Assembly (NCBI GenBank): GCA_947631305.1
Contig: CANRKV010000001.1
Span: 1-47,600 of the forward strand
Length of the DNA stretch: 47,600 nt
From: an uncultured Jeotgalicoccus sp.
GTDB taxonomy: Bacteria; Bacillota; Bacilli; Staphylococcales; Salinicoccaceae
Direction: 5' to 3'
Shown here: positions 1 to 8,258 of the stretch, piece by piece
How positions within the stretch are numbered: the first letter of the stretch is position 1
Layout of the letters: every line of letters starts with the position of its first letter
Made by a program: the position numbers and the translations under genes
The notes under the pieces: generated by a model
What the model was told of the DNA's origin: nothing
The model's database searches: none
The model's input: only the letters and a program-made list of their open reading frames with translations

Positions 1-762
1 CACCGCATGCATGCACGCTTTGAACTGGACTCTGTTGAAATGATGGACACGATTAAAGAACACATAGAAGAAGACCGCATTCATCTGCTCAGCTTTATGG
101 ACCATACGCCGGGACAGGGCCAGTACCGCGATATTGAAAAATACCGTCATACGATGAAGGGTTATAAAGATCTTTCAGACGATGAAATAAATGAACAGAT
201 TGAATTCAAAAAAGAGCTGACGAGACTGTCTGTTGAAGAGATGGAAAATATGTCGGAGCTCGCAAGAAGTAAAGGAATTGCGATTGCATCCCACGACGAT
301 GATGCGACTGAAAAAATTGATTTTAATGAATCGCTCAACACATCAATCAGTGAATTTCCAATCACTATGGAAGTGGCGAAATATGCACATGATAAAGGAA
401 TGTACACACTGGCAGGCGCACCGAATATTATGCTCGGCGGCTCTCACTCCGGAAATTTAAATGCGAAAGATGCAATTATGGAAGGCTGCATATCTATCTT
501 GTGCAGTGACTATTATCCTCCGGCAATGCTGCATTCGGTATTTAAACTGCACAGAGAAGCGGACTATTCACTAGTGGACGGTTTCAATTTAATTACGTTG
601 AATCCGGCAAAAGCAGTGCAGATGGATGATGAGATCGGTTCGATTGAAGCAGGGAAAAAAGCAGATATAAATATTATCAGACTGTTTGATGACTATCCGA
701 CGATAACAGAATGCATCGTTAACGGAAAAGTAGTCAGCCGTTACCACTACAGAGTCGATTAG
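1..762 (+). CDS. phnM: Alpha-D-ribose 1-methylphosphonate 5-triphosphate diphosphatase PhnM (5' truncated by window edge)
   Basis: Motifs SFMDHTPGQGQY, ASHDD, SEFP, GAPNIMLGGSHSGN and LCSDYYP are typical of PhnM. The frame is open from base 1 and phnL follows. Confidence 0.93.
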   Translation, partial: HRMHARFELDSVEMMDTIKEHIEEDRIHLLSFMDHTPGQGQYRDIEKYRHTMKGYKDLSDDEINEQIEFKKELTRLSVEEMENMSELARSKGIAIASHDDDATEKIDFNESLNTSISEFPITMEVAKYAHDKGMYTLAGAPNIMLGGSHSGNLNAKDAIMEGCISILCSDYYPPAMLHSVFKLHREADYSLVDGFNLITLNPAKAVQMDDEIGSIEAGKKADINIIRLFDDYPTITECIVNGKVVSRYHYRVD

Positions 763-772
763 GAGGAAAATC

Positions 773-1471
773 ATGATTACAATAAATGATTTCAGCAAAT
801 CATTCACAATACATCATCTGGATCAGACGAGAGAAGCGGTAAGCGGAGTAACATTTGATGTAGCTAAAGGAGAGTTTCTCGGTATTGTCGGAGAAAGCGG
901 CAGCGGGAAATCGACAATTTTAAAAAGCATATACGGCACATATAAACCGACGACAGGAATAGTTAATTATGATTCTGAAATATTCGGGAACGTGGACCTT
1001 CATACTATTTCAGACAGAGCGCTTATTAAACTGCGCACACGTGAAATCGGCTATGTATCACAATTTTTAAAAGTGATGCCGAGAACGACAACGCTTGAGC
1101 TTGTAGTTAATTCCATGCTCGAAATGGGTGAAGATAAAGACGCAGCAGCAAAAAAAGCTGAAGAAACACTCAAACATTTCGATATTCCAGAAGCGCTGTG
1201 GCATAACTACCCAAACACTTTCAGCGGGGGAGAGAAACTGCGTTTAAATATCGCCTGTGCAGTTGTTAAAAATCCTCGTCTGCTGCTGCTGGATGAACCG
1301 ACTGCATCGCTGGATGAGAATTCAAAACTGAAAGTGAGAGAAACGATTTCAAAACTGATTGATAACGGTACGACGCTGATTGGTATCTTTCATGATCTCG
1401 AATTTATGGACGGACTGTGCAATAAAGTTTACGACATGAATTCAAAAACGCTTGAGGAGAGAGCAATATGA
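773..1471 (+). CDS. phnL: C-P lyase ABC-ATPase subunit PhnL
   Basis: KSFTIHH N-terminus, Walker A GESGSGKST, YVSQFLKVMPR, TFSGGEKLRLNIA, LLDEPTASLD; RBS AGGAGG. Confidence 0.92.
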   Translation: MITINDFSKSFTIHHLDQTREAVSGVTFDVAKGEFLGIVGESGSGKSTILKSIYGTYKPTTGIVNYDSEIFGNVDLHTISDRALIKLRTREIGYVSQFLKVMPRTTTLELVVNSMLEMGEDKDAAAKKAEETLKHFDIPEALWHNYPNTFSGGEKLRLNIACAVVKNPRLLLLDEPTASLDENSKLKVRETISKLIDNGTTLIGIFHDLEFMDGLCNKVYDMNSKTLEERAI

Positions 1472-2286
1472 ACAGCAAAATAGATCTGCATGTTCACAGT
1501 AACTTTTCCGATGGTAAAGATAATGTAAATAAAGTGCTGGATCTTGCAAAAAACCGCAATGTTGAAATGTTAAGCTTCGTCGACCATGACACAAATCTGA
1601 CATACTCTGAAGCGCTGCCATATGCAAAGAAGCTCGGTATTGAATTAATTGCCGGTATTGAAATATCAGCATATGACTTTAAACGCGGCCGAAAAGTTCA
1701 TGTGCTCGGCTATAACTACAATCCCGAGGCACCGAATATTAATAAATTAACAGAGCCTTTACTTAGCGAACGCCATAAGCACTCAATGGAACAGATTAAA
1801 AAGATAGAAGAATACGGTATTGATATCGATATGGACGAAGTGAAAAAGACTGTCGGACCGCTTGGTGTTATATATAAACAGCATATAATGCACGCAATTT
1901 GCGATGATCATTATACGTGTCCGAAGTACACGACGAAATACCGTACACTGTTTAAAAACAGCGGGCCGGCAGCCGGGGACATTGAATATATCGATTATAT
2001 TGATGCCTTAAAGGCGATAAAAAAAGACAGCGGACTTGCTGTCATTGCTCATCCCGGCCAGCTGCACAGCTACGAACTGATTGATGAAAATTATCAGCTG
2101 ATAGACGGACTCGAGAAATTCCATCCCGATCACGGTCAGGAAGATTATGAAAAAATTGATGCACTGATAGAGAAGTACGGCTTCTTTACGACGGGCGGAT
2201 CTGACTTCCACGGAGATTTCGGAGCAGCTGTTGAGATTGGTATCGACAGTACATTATTAAGAGAAACAGCTCAATTATTTAGATAG
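1468..2286 (+). CDS. PHP-family phosphoesterase, probable phosphoribosyl 1,2-cyclic phosphate diphosphodiesterase (PhnPP-like)
   Basis: PHP motifs DLHVHSNFSDG, DHD, GIEIS, HVLGY, IAHP, GGSDFHG. ATGA overlap with phnL inside the phn operon. Confidence 0.85.
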   Translation: MNSKIDLHVHSNFSDGKDNVNKVLDLAKNRNVEMLSFVDHDTNLTYSEALPYAKKLGIELIAGIEISAYDFKRGRKVHVLGYNYNPEAPNINKLTEPLLSERHKHSMEQIKKIEEYGIDIDMDEVKKTVGPLGVIYKQHIMHAICDDHYTCPKYTTKYRTLFKNSGPAAGDIEYIDYIDALKAIKKDSGLAVIAHPGQLHSYELIDENYQLIDGLEKFHPDHGQEDYEKIDALIEKYGFFTTGGSDFHGDFGAAVEIGIDSTLLRETAQLFR

Positions 2287-2296
2287 CATAAACATG

Positions 2297-2359
2297 TGTT
2301 AAGTAGCTGTAAAGTGCATTTACTTGCAGCCTGTAATGATTTTAAATTAAGCGTGTAAA
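2297..2359 (-). promoter_or_regulatory. Putative Pho-box array (TT[A/T]ACA-like hexamers on the minus strand) upstream of phnD
   Basis: Plus-strand TGTTAA at 2297, TGTAAA at 2308, TGTAAT at 2332 and TGTAAA at 2354, spaced 11 bp (first pair) and 22 bp (second pair). Confidence 0.45.
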
Positions 2360-2380
2360 TAAAACTTAAGGAGTTTGAAA

Positions 2381-3436
2381 ATGAAAAAGTTACTAAATGT
2401 TTTTCTTGGTTCGGCTTTTGTATTAGCTCTTGCAGCATGCGGCACAGAAGAGAGTACTGAAGAAGGTTCAGCAGATGCAGCGGCAAGCAGTGACGAGCCT
2501 CTAAGCGTTGTCTGGTATCCTAACGAATCCGGCAGTGAGCTGGCAGATGCACGTGAAGAAATCGGAGCGATTTTAGAAGAAACGACCGGCAGAGAAGTGG
2601 AACATGAACTGACTACAGATTATGCAATCGCAATCGAGAGCATTGTTAATGATAATGCGGACCTGGCATTTACAGGTGCGGAAGGATACATACAAGCTAA
2701 AGAACGCAACGACAACATCGTGCCTTTAGTCGTGCCGTCAGGCCCGTCAGGAACTGAAGAAGACGCGTTATACTACAGCTGGTTTGCAACAGCTGTTGAG
2801 AACATGGAGCAGTATGAAACAGGTGAAGGCGAATACTCAATCGATGAGTTCCCGGGAAGCAATTTCTCATTCGTTTCAACTTCATCAACTTCAGGCTTCA
2901 GAGTTCCGACATCAACAATTTTGAATCACTTTACTGAAACTGAAGAGTACGCTGACCTTGCGGAAGAAGATTTAGCTGAAAGCGGGCGCTTCTTCGAACA
3001 GGTAATGTTCGGTAATACACACCAGGGTTCTGCGGTTAACTTAATTAATGACAGAGCAGACATTGCAGCATTTTGTGATACTTGTCTTGAAAACTACGTA
3101 GAACTTGCTGAAGGTGAAGAAAATACACCGGGAGCAATTTACGAAGTTTCTGAAGGCGCAGCAGATCCATTTTCAAACTTAGCAGGCGAACAATTTGGAA
3201 TTATTTCAGCAACACCTGTACTGAACGCGCCGTTTATCGCTAACGAAAGCACTTTAGGCGCAGACGTTGTAGCAGAACTTCAGGAAGTATTCGCATCGGA
3301 TGAAGTAGCGAATAACGAAAAGATCTTCGTACCTGAAGATGCGGAAGAAGGCGGCTTATTCTCGAAATCAGCAGACGAGCGTTTCGTTGTTGTTGAAGAT
3401 GAGTGGTTTGATCCAATCAGAGAACTGAGCAACTAA
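2381..3436 (+). CDS. phnD: Phosphonate ABC transporter substrate-binding lipoprotein PhnD
   Basis: Lipobox LAAC, STSSTSGFRVP motif, GNTHQGS; RBS AAGGAG 7 nt before the ATG at 2381; followed by phnC/E/E. Confidence 0.9.
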   Translation: MKKLLNVFLGSAFVLALAACGTEESTEEGSADAAASSDEPLSVVWYPNESGSELADAREEIGAILEETTGREVEHELTTDYAIAIESIVNDNADLAFTGAEGYIQAKERNDNIVPLVVPSGPSGTEEDALYYSWFATAVENMEQYETGEGEYSIDEFPGSNFSFVSTSSTSGFRVPTSTILNHFTETEEYADLAEEDLAESGRFFEQVMFGNTHQGSAVNLINDRADIAAFCDTCLENYVELAEGEENTPGAIYEVSEGAADPFSNLAGEQFGIISATPVLNAPFIANESTLGADVVAELQEVFASDEVANNEKIFVPEDAEEGGLFSKSADERFVVVEDEWFDPIRELSN

Positions 3437-3481
3437 TTTATAACTGAACTTACTTAACAGCATAAAATATTTATTTTACAG

Positions 3482-3504
3482 AAGAGGGGATTCCCCCTCT
3501 TTTT
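3482..3504 (+). terminator. Intercistronic hairpin with T-run between phnD and phnC
   Basis: AAGAGGGG-ATTC-CCCCTCTT-TTT. Confidence 0.6.
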
Positions 3505-3522
3505 AATTAGGAGGTAATATTC

Positions 3523-4440
3523 ATGGCGGTGGACAGTAAAGTAAAAGAAGTCACGGAAACCAGAACGGATTTTAATAATAAAGAAGCAGAAGAAGTACTT
3601 ATTTCATTTGACGAAGATCTAGAAATTACAGGTGATGAAGTAGAGATTGCAACGAAAGAAGAACTAAAAGAAATGCCTGTCATTATGTCGATTGAAAACC
3701 TGAACAAAGAATATTCAAAAGGGAAATCGGTGCTTAAAGACGTCAATTTTGAAATTAAGCAGGGTGAGCTGCTGTCTATTATCGGTCCATCGGGAGCCGG
3801 GAAATCTACTTTACTTCGTTCGATTAACCGCATGATAGAACCGACTTCCGGAAAGATAACTTTCGACAAGCAAAATATAACGAATGTTAAAGGCAGAGAT
3901 CTCCGCAATATGAGAACGAATATCGGAATGATTTTCCAGCATTATAATCTGGTGGACAGATTGTCGGTATTTGAAAATGTGATGCATGGAACGCTCGGCT
4001 ATAAAAACAGTCTGCAGGGAATTTTTTCACTGTATACAGAATCAGAAAAAGAGGAAGCCATTGATATCATTACCGAACTCGGCATCGAAGATCATATTTA
4101 TAAACGCTGCGATGAGCTGAGTGGCGGACAGAAACAGCGCGTCGGTATCGCGCGTGCATTAGTGCAGAAGCCGAAAATTATTTTATGTGACGAGCCGATT
4201 GCGTCGCTGGATCCGAGTTCTTCAAGAGTGATTATGGAGCATCTGAGAAAAATCTGCAGTGAAAAAGGAATTACAGTCATAGTAAACCTGCATCAGGTGG
4301 ATGTGGCAAAAAATTACTCCGACAGAATTATCGGCTTAAACAGCGGTGAAATTGTCTTTAACGGTCATCCGACGGAGATTAATAAAGAAGTGATTCAGGC
4401 TGTTTACGGTACAGACTTTGACGATTTAATTATGGAGTAG
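3523..4440 (+). CDS. phnC: Phosphonate ABC transporter ATP-binding protein PhnC (acidic N-terminal extension)
   Basis: GPSGAGKSTLLR, IGMIFQHYNLV, LSGGQKQRVGIARAL, DEPIASLDP, NLHQV; RBS GGAGGT. Confidence 0.92.
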   Translation: MAVDSKVKEVTETRTDFNNKEAEEVLISFDEDLEITGDEVEIATKEELKEMPVIMSIENLNKEYSKGKSVLKDVNFEIKQGELLSIIGPSGAGKSTLLRSINRMIEPTSGKITFDKQNITNVKGRDLRNMRTNIGMIFQHYNLVDRLSVFENVMHGTLGYKNSLQGIFSLYTESEKEEAIDIITELGIEDHIYKRCDELSGGQKQRVGIARALVQKPKIILCDEPIASLDPSSSRVIMEHLRKICSEKGITVIVNLHQVDVAKNYSDRIIGLNSGEIVFNGHPTEINKEVIQAVYGTDFDDLIME

Positions 4441-4450
4441 GTGACGAGTG

Positions 4451-5263
4451 ATGAGTAAAACAAGTACTATTAATGCCAATGAAATTACTATTATTCAAAA
4501 GAAAAATTTATATCTGCTGCTGACAGTCGTCGTTATCGTCGGTTTGATTATGCTTGCAGGCTACATAACAGAATACAGTCATGTTGAAGGTATCATGTCA
4601 ATTCCGGCGGCAATGTCATGGATGGCAAGCAACATGTGGTTTTCACAGTCAACGTTGTCAAATCTCGGCAGTGTGATGCGACTCTTATGGGAAACAATTT
4701 TAATTTCGATTGTGTCGACAACAACAGCTGCAGTATTCGCAGTCGTTTTTGCATTGTTAGGCTCGAAGCTGACTTATATAAATAAACCGCTGATGTATGC
4801 AGCAAAAATCGTTGCATCAATTTCACGTAATATTCCGGTGGTAGCGTGGGCGTTAATTTTAGTCATCAGTTTCGGAACGAACTCAATGACAGGATTTTTA
4901 GCTTTATTCTTCGGTTCATTCGGATTTCTAGTCAGAGCGTTCCTTGAGACTATTGATGAAGGCAGTGAGGATTCAGTCGAAGCTCTGAAAGCAACAGGAG
5001 CGACGTACTGGCATACGATTTTTAAAGCGGTGCTGCCTGACAGCATGCCGCAGATGTTCAGCTGGATTCTATTTATGATTGAAACAAATATTCGCAGTGC
5101 GACGCTTGTCGGACTTCTGACCGGTACAGGTATCGGCTACTTATTCGACCTGTATTATAAACAGCTGAATTATGAAATGGTCTCGCTGATTACACTTGCA
5201 ATAGTACTGGCTGTTTTAGTTATCGAAGCAATCTCGAATATTATCAGAAGGGAGATTTTATAA
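4451..5263 (+). CDS. phnE: Phosphonate ABC transporter permease PhnE (copy 1)
   Basis: Multiple TM segments, EAA loop EALKATGA, ETNIRSATLVG..G.GIG motif. Confidence 0.88.
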   Translation: MSKTSTINANEITIIQKKNLYLLLTVVVIVGLIMLAGYITEYSHVEGIMSIPAAMSWMASNMWFSQSTLSNLGSVMRLLWETILISIVSTTTAAVFAVVFALLGSKLTYINKPLMYAAKIVASISRNIPVVAWALILVISFGTNSMTGFLALFFGSFGFLVRAFLETIDEGSEDSVEALKATGATYWHTIFKAVLPDSMPQMFSWILFMIETNIRSATLVGLLTGTGIGYLFDLYYKQLNYEMVSLITLAIVLAVLVIEAISNIIRREIL

Positions 5264-6084
5264 TGACTGCAGTTGTTGAACATAATAAAAATGGCGGCAT
5301 TAAAGTCTCTAAACCGAACAGAGGACAGCGGGTCTTAAAAGGACTGTTAATCGGTTCGGCGATTTTCACAGTAATCGGATTCTTCTTAATGGATTACACC
5401 GGCCTCGATTTAACACACGCAATTCCGATGACAATCGATAATCTCGGACAGATGTTTTTATCGCCGAGTTTAAATAACACAACATGGCCCAGTGCGTTAT
5501 GGCAAGTTGCCATTACATTGTCCCTCGCTTTTTTAGCGACGATTTTAGGAGCAGTAATTTCACTGTTTCTCGCATTTGGTACGGCAGTAAACTTATCGAA
5601 ACCGTGGATCAGCAACACGATAAAGGCATTTATAACAGTCGTGCGTGCAGTACCGACGGTACTATGGGTACTGATATTTGCAATTGCGGCAGGGCTCGGC
5701 GCAGTTGCGGCAGTTATCGGGATGATTTTCCACTCGATAGCGTATCTTGTGAAAGCATACTCGGAAGCCTTTGAGGAAGTCGATCAGGGGAAAATAGAAG
5801 CACTCCGTGCGACGGGTTCAAGCTATCCGCATATTTTATTCCAGGTCGTAGTGCCCCAGACTAAAAGTTTTCTGATTTCATGGACATTCCTGAGATTCGA
5901 AATTAACTTCGGTGTGGCAGTGGCGATGGGTGCAGCAGCCGGTGCAGGCGGTATCGGCTATGAATTATTTATGGCAAGTACATTCTATTACGATATGCAG
6001 GAAGTCGGGGCAATTACGCTGATTATTCTCGTTGTTGCGATTATCCTTGAACTGATTGCGAACCGTTTAAAAATGGCAGCGTAA
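5263..6084 (+). CDS. phnE: Phosphonate ABC transporter permease PhnE (copy 2)
   Basis: RAVPT, EALRATG, RFEINF, GAGGIGYEL; TAATG overlap with the previous gene. Confidence 0.88.
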   Translation: MTAVVEHNKNGGIKVSKPNRGQRVLKGLLIGSAIFTVIGFFLMDYTGLDLTHAIPMTIDNLGQMFLSPSLNNTTWPSALWQVAITLSLAFLATILGAVISLFLAFGTAVNLSKPWISNTIKAFITVVRAVPTVLWVLIFAIAAGLGAVAAVIGMIFHSIAYLVKAYSEAFEEVDQGKIEALRATGSSYPHILFQVVVPQTKSFLISWTFLRFEINFGVAVAMGAAAGAGGIGYELFMASTFYYDMQEVGAITLIILVVAIILELIANRLKMAA

Positions 6085-6095
6085 ATAAAAATATT

Positions 6096-6161
6096 AAATA
6101 AAAAAATCGCGCTTGACTTCCTGGGGAGATGTCCCGGGAAAGCAAGTGCGATTTTTTATTT
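6096..6161. terminator. Long bidirectional terminator hairpin
   Basis: About 30-bp imperfect inverted repeat AAATAAAAAAATCGCGCTTGACTTCCTGGGGA / TCCCGGGAAAGCAAGTGCGATTTTTTATTT between convergent genes. Confidence 0.8.
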
Positions 6162-6173
6162 GTGCTGAAAGAA

Positions 6174-6440
6174 TTATATAAAGAACACCATATGAATCAG
6201 CGTCGGCACAACAAAGCTGCCGATAAAAATCATGTAGTACAGATCCGGGCGGTCGCCTTCTTTTGCGAATTTATTTGCAAGAGTTCTGAACAGGACGGAT
6301 GCAATAAAAGCAAAAATAACGAAAGCGAAAAAGCCGGTCGTATAATAAATGAAATTAAAGTAAATTAATGCGACAAACATAATGAGGTATAAGAGAAACC
6401 CGCATGTGAATGAGAGTATGTATTTTTTCTGATTAGACAT
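6174..6440 (-). CDS. Small hypothetical membrane protein (about 3 TM)
   Basis: 88 aa, hydrophobic segments, RBS AAGGTG before the ATG. Confidence 0.75.
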   Translation of the reverse strand: MSNQKKYILSFTCGFLLYLIMFVALIYFNFIYYTTGFFAFVIFAFIASVLFRTLANKFAKEGDRPDLYYMIFIGSFVVPTLIHMVFFI

Positions 6441-6552
6441 AATTGCACCTTTATAATTAGTATTTCCATTAATAATATATTAACCCTTTAAGATATGCAA
6501 TTTCACAGCGGAAAGGTTATAATTTCAAGTAACAGAGATTGGAGTGATGAGC

Positions 6553-7392
6553 TTGTCATTTGTAAAATACATTGAGTCTAAAGACGGAACACTGCTTTAC
6601 ACGAAAGTGCAGACGACAGAAGAGCCGGAAACAGCAAAGGCGACAGTCATTATTGTCCACGGTCTTGCAGAACATCTTGGAAGATACGATGATATTGCAG
6701 GGGTATTAATCAGGAAAGGGTTTAACGTTATTCGTTACGACCAGCGCGGACACGGCCATTCATCGGGAGAGAACACCTTTTATTCTAAAATCGACGAAAT
6801 TACAGATGATCTGAATGCGATTGTACTGTATACGAAAAAACTTCTGCCTGAACAGCAGGTATTTGTTATCGGCCACAGCATGGGCGGTTATACTGCTGCT
6901 TTATACGGCACGAAGTATCCGCGTAAAGTTGACGGGTATATTACATCGGGTGCTTTAACACGTTACAATCACGAACTATTTGCCGGCGTACCTGTCGGTT
7001 TAGACAGCAATGATTACGTTAAAAATGAGCTTGGCGAAGGGTTATGCAGCACCGAAATCGTCCTCAAGCATTACGTTGAAGATGCGCTGAACAAAAAAGA
7101 AATATCTGTCGGTTTAATCAGAACGATTGAAAAAGGCATCGAATATTTAAAACTTGAAGCGGGAGACTTTAAAGACCCGGTGCTTATTCTTCACGGCGAA
7201 AACGATGGACTGGTAGCAAGCGAAGATTCAGTGCAGTTCCATGATGAAATATCTTCAGAAGATAAGAAATTAATTATTTATCCTGAGCTTGAGCATGAAA
7301 TATTTAACGAATTTACTATGAAGACAGAAATTTTCAATACCATTATCAGCTGGATTGAGGAGCGTCTGAAAAGTACGGGGGAAGAAAGATAA
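6553..7392 (+). CDS. Alpha/beta hydrolase, lysophospholipase/monoacylglycerol lipase family
   Basis: HGLAEHLGRY, DQRGHGHS, nucleophile GHSMGG, HGEND, HEIFNE. The TTG at 6553 is best spaced from GGAG; alternatives are 6544 and 6547. Confidence 0.88.
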   Translation: MSFVKYIESKDGTLLYTKVQTTEEPETAKATVIIVHGLAEHLGRYDDIAGVLIRKGFNVIRYDQRGHGHSSGENTFYSKIDEITDDLNAIVLYTKKLLPEQQVFVIGHSMGGYTAALYGTKYPRKVDGYITSGALTRYNHELFAGVPVGLDSNDYVKNELGEGLCSTEIVLKHYVEDALNKKEISVGLIRTIEKGIEYLKLEAGDFKDPVLILHGENDGLVASEDSVQFHDEISSEDKKLIIYPELEHEIFNEFTMKTEIFNTIISWIEERLKSTGEER

Positions 7393-7982
7393 TGAATATA
7401 ACTGAAGCAATACAAACAAGGCGGAGCACTAAAATATTTAAAGATAATGAGCCAATCAGTAAGGAAACTGTCGAACAGCTCCTGCAGGCAGCGATTATGG
7501 CGCCGAATCACCATCATACAGAGCCGTGGAAGTTTTTCGTGCTGCAGGGTGACGGGCGTCTGCCGCTGTCGCGTGTGCTCGGTGAATGGGCAAAGACACG
7601 TGTAGATGATCCGGCAAGTGAAGCGGGACAGAAGCGTATTAAAAAACTCAGCGCGAAGCCGCTTATTGCACCGACGGCAATCGTTGTCGCGCTGAGCCCG
7701 CAAGCAGGCAATGAAAAAGCAATTTACATTGAAGATGTATCTGCAGTATCTGCTGCGGTCCAGAATATTCTTCTTGAAGCACACGGTCTCGGCCTTGGTG
7801 CGATATGGAAAAGCGGTCCGGCTTATTACGCTGAACCGGTTAAAAAGTATTTTAATCTGACAGATGATGAAGAAATTTTAGGCGTTATCTTCGTAGGAGA
7901 GCCGGATATGAAGAAAATACCGGAACCTAAACGCATTCCGTTTGAAGAGAAAACGGTATGGATAACAGAGGATGACAAATAA
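7392..7982 (+). CDS. Nitroreductase family protein (YdjA/YfhC-like)
   Basis: RRSTKIF, APNHHHTEPWKF, AAVQNILLEAHGLGLGAIWKSG. Confidence 0.9.
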   Translation: MNITEAIQTRRSTKIFKDNEPISKETVEQLLQAAIMAPNHHHTEPWKFFVLQGDGRLPLSRVLGEWAKTRVDDPASEAGQKRIKKLSAKPLIAPTAIVVALSPQAGNEKAIYIEDVSAVSAAVQNILLEAHGLGLGAIWKSGPAYYAEPVKKYFNLTDDEEILGVIFVGEPDMKKIPEPKRIPFEEKTVWITEDDK

Positions 7983-8147
7983 ATGAAAAAAGCAGCAATA
8001 TTTTTATTTTTAACAGCGACGCTGCTGATGTTCAGCGTAGGTACAATTATTCCTGTGGAGTATAATTTTATCGTTTATCTGGCAGTGCTTATATTATTCA
8101 TTGCAGGTATGTACTGCAGTGTAAGTATCGATCCTGATTCTAAATGA
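7983..8147 (+). CDS. Small 2-TM membrane protein, 54 aa (absent from the ORF track)
   Basis: MKKAAIFLFLTATLLMFSVGTIIPVEYNFIVYLAVLILFIAGMYCSVSIDPDSK. The ATG abuts the nitroreductase stop, GAGG lies upstream and a terminator follows. Confidence 0.7.
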   Translation: MKKAAIFLFLTATLLMFSVGTIIPVEYNFIVYLAVLILFIAGMYCSVSIDPDSK

Positions 8148-8181
8148 AATAAATGTAAAATATGCATTTTTTACGGCAGAG

Positions 8182-8215
8182 AGGGTAACTTCATTATATG
8201 GAGTTACCCTTTTTT
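8182..8215 (+). terminator. Rho-independent terminator
   Basis: AGGGTAACTTCAT-TAT-ATGGAGTTACCCT-TTTTT. Confidence 0.8.
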
Positions 8216-8258
8216 ATTTTATATGGATTTTTAATGAATTTTGAATGGGGTGTTATCG

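Noticed and set aside
6129-6368. 79-aa plus-strand ORF
   Set aside because: Starts inside the terminator hairpin and is antisense to a better-supported membrane-protein gene.
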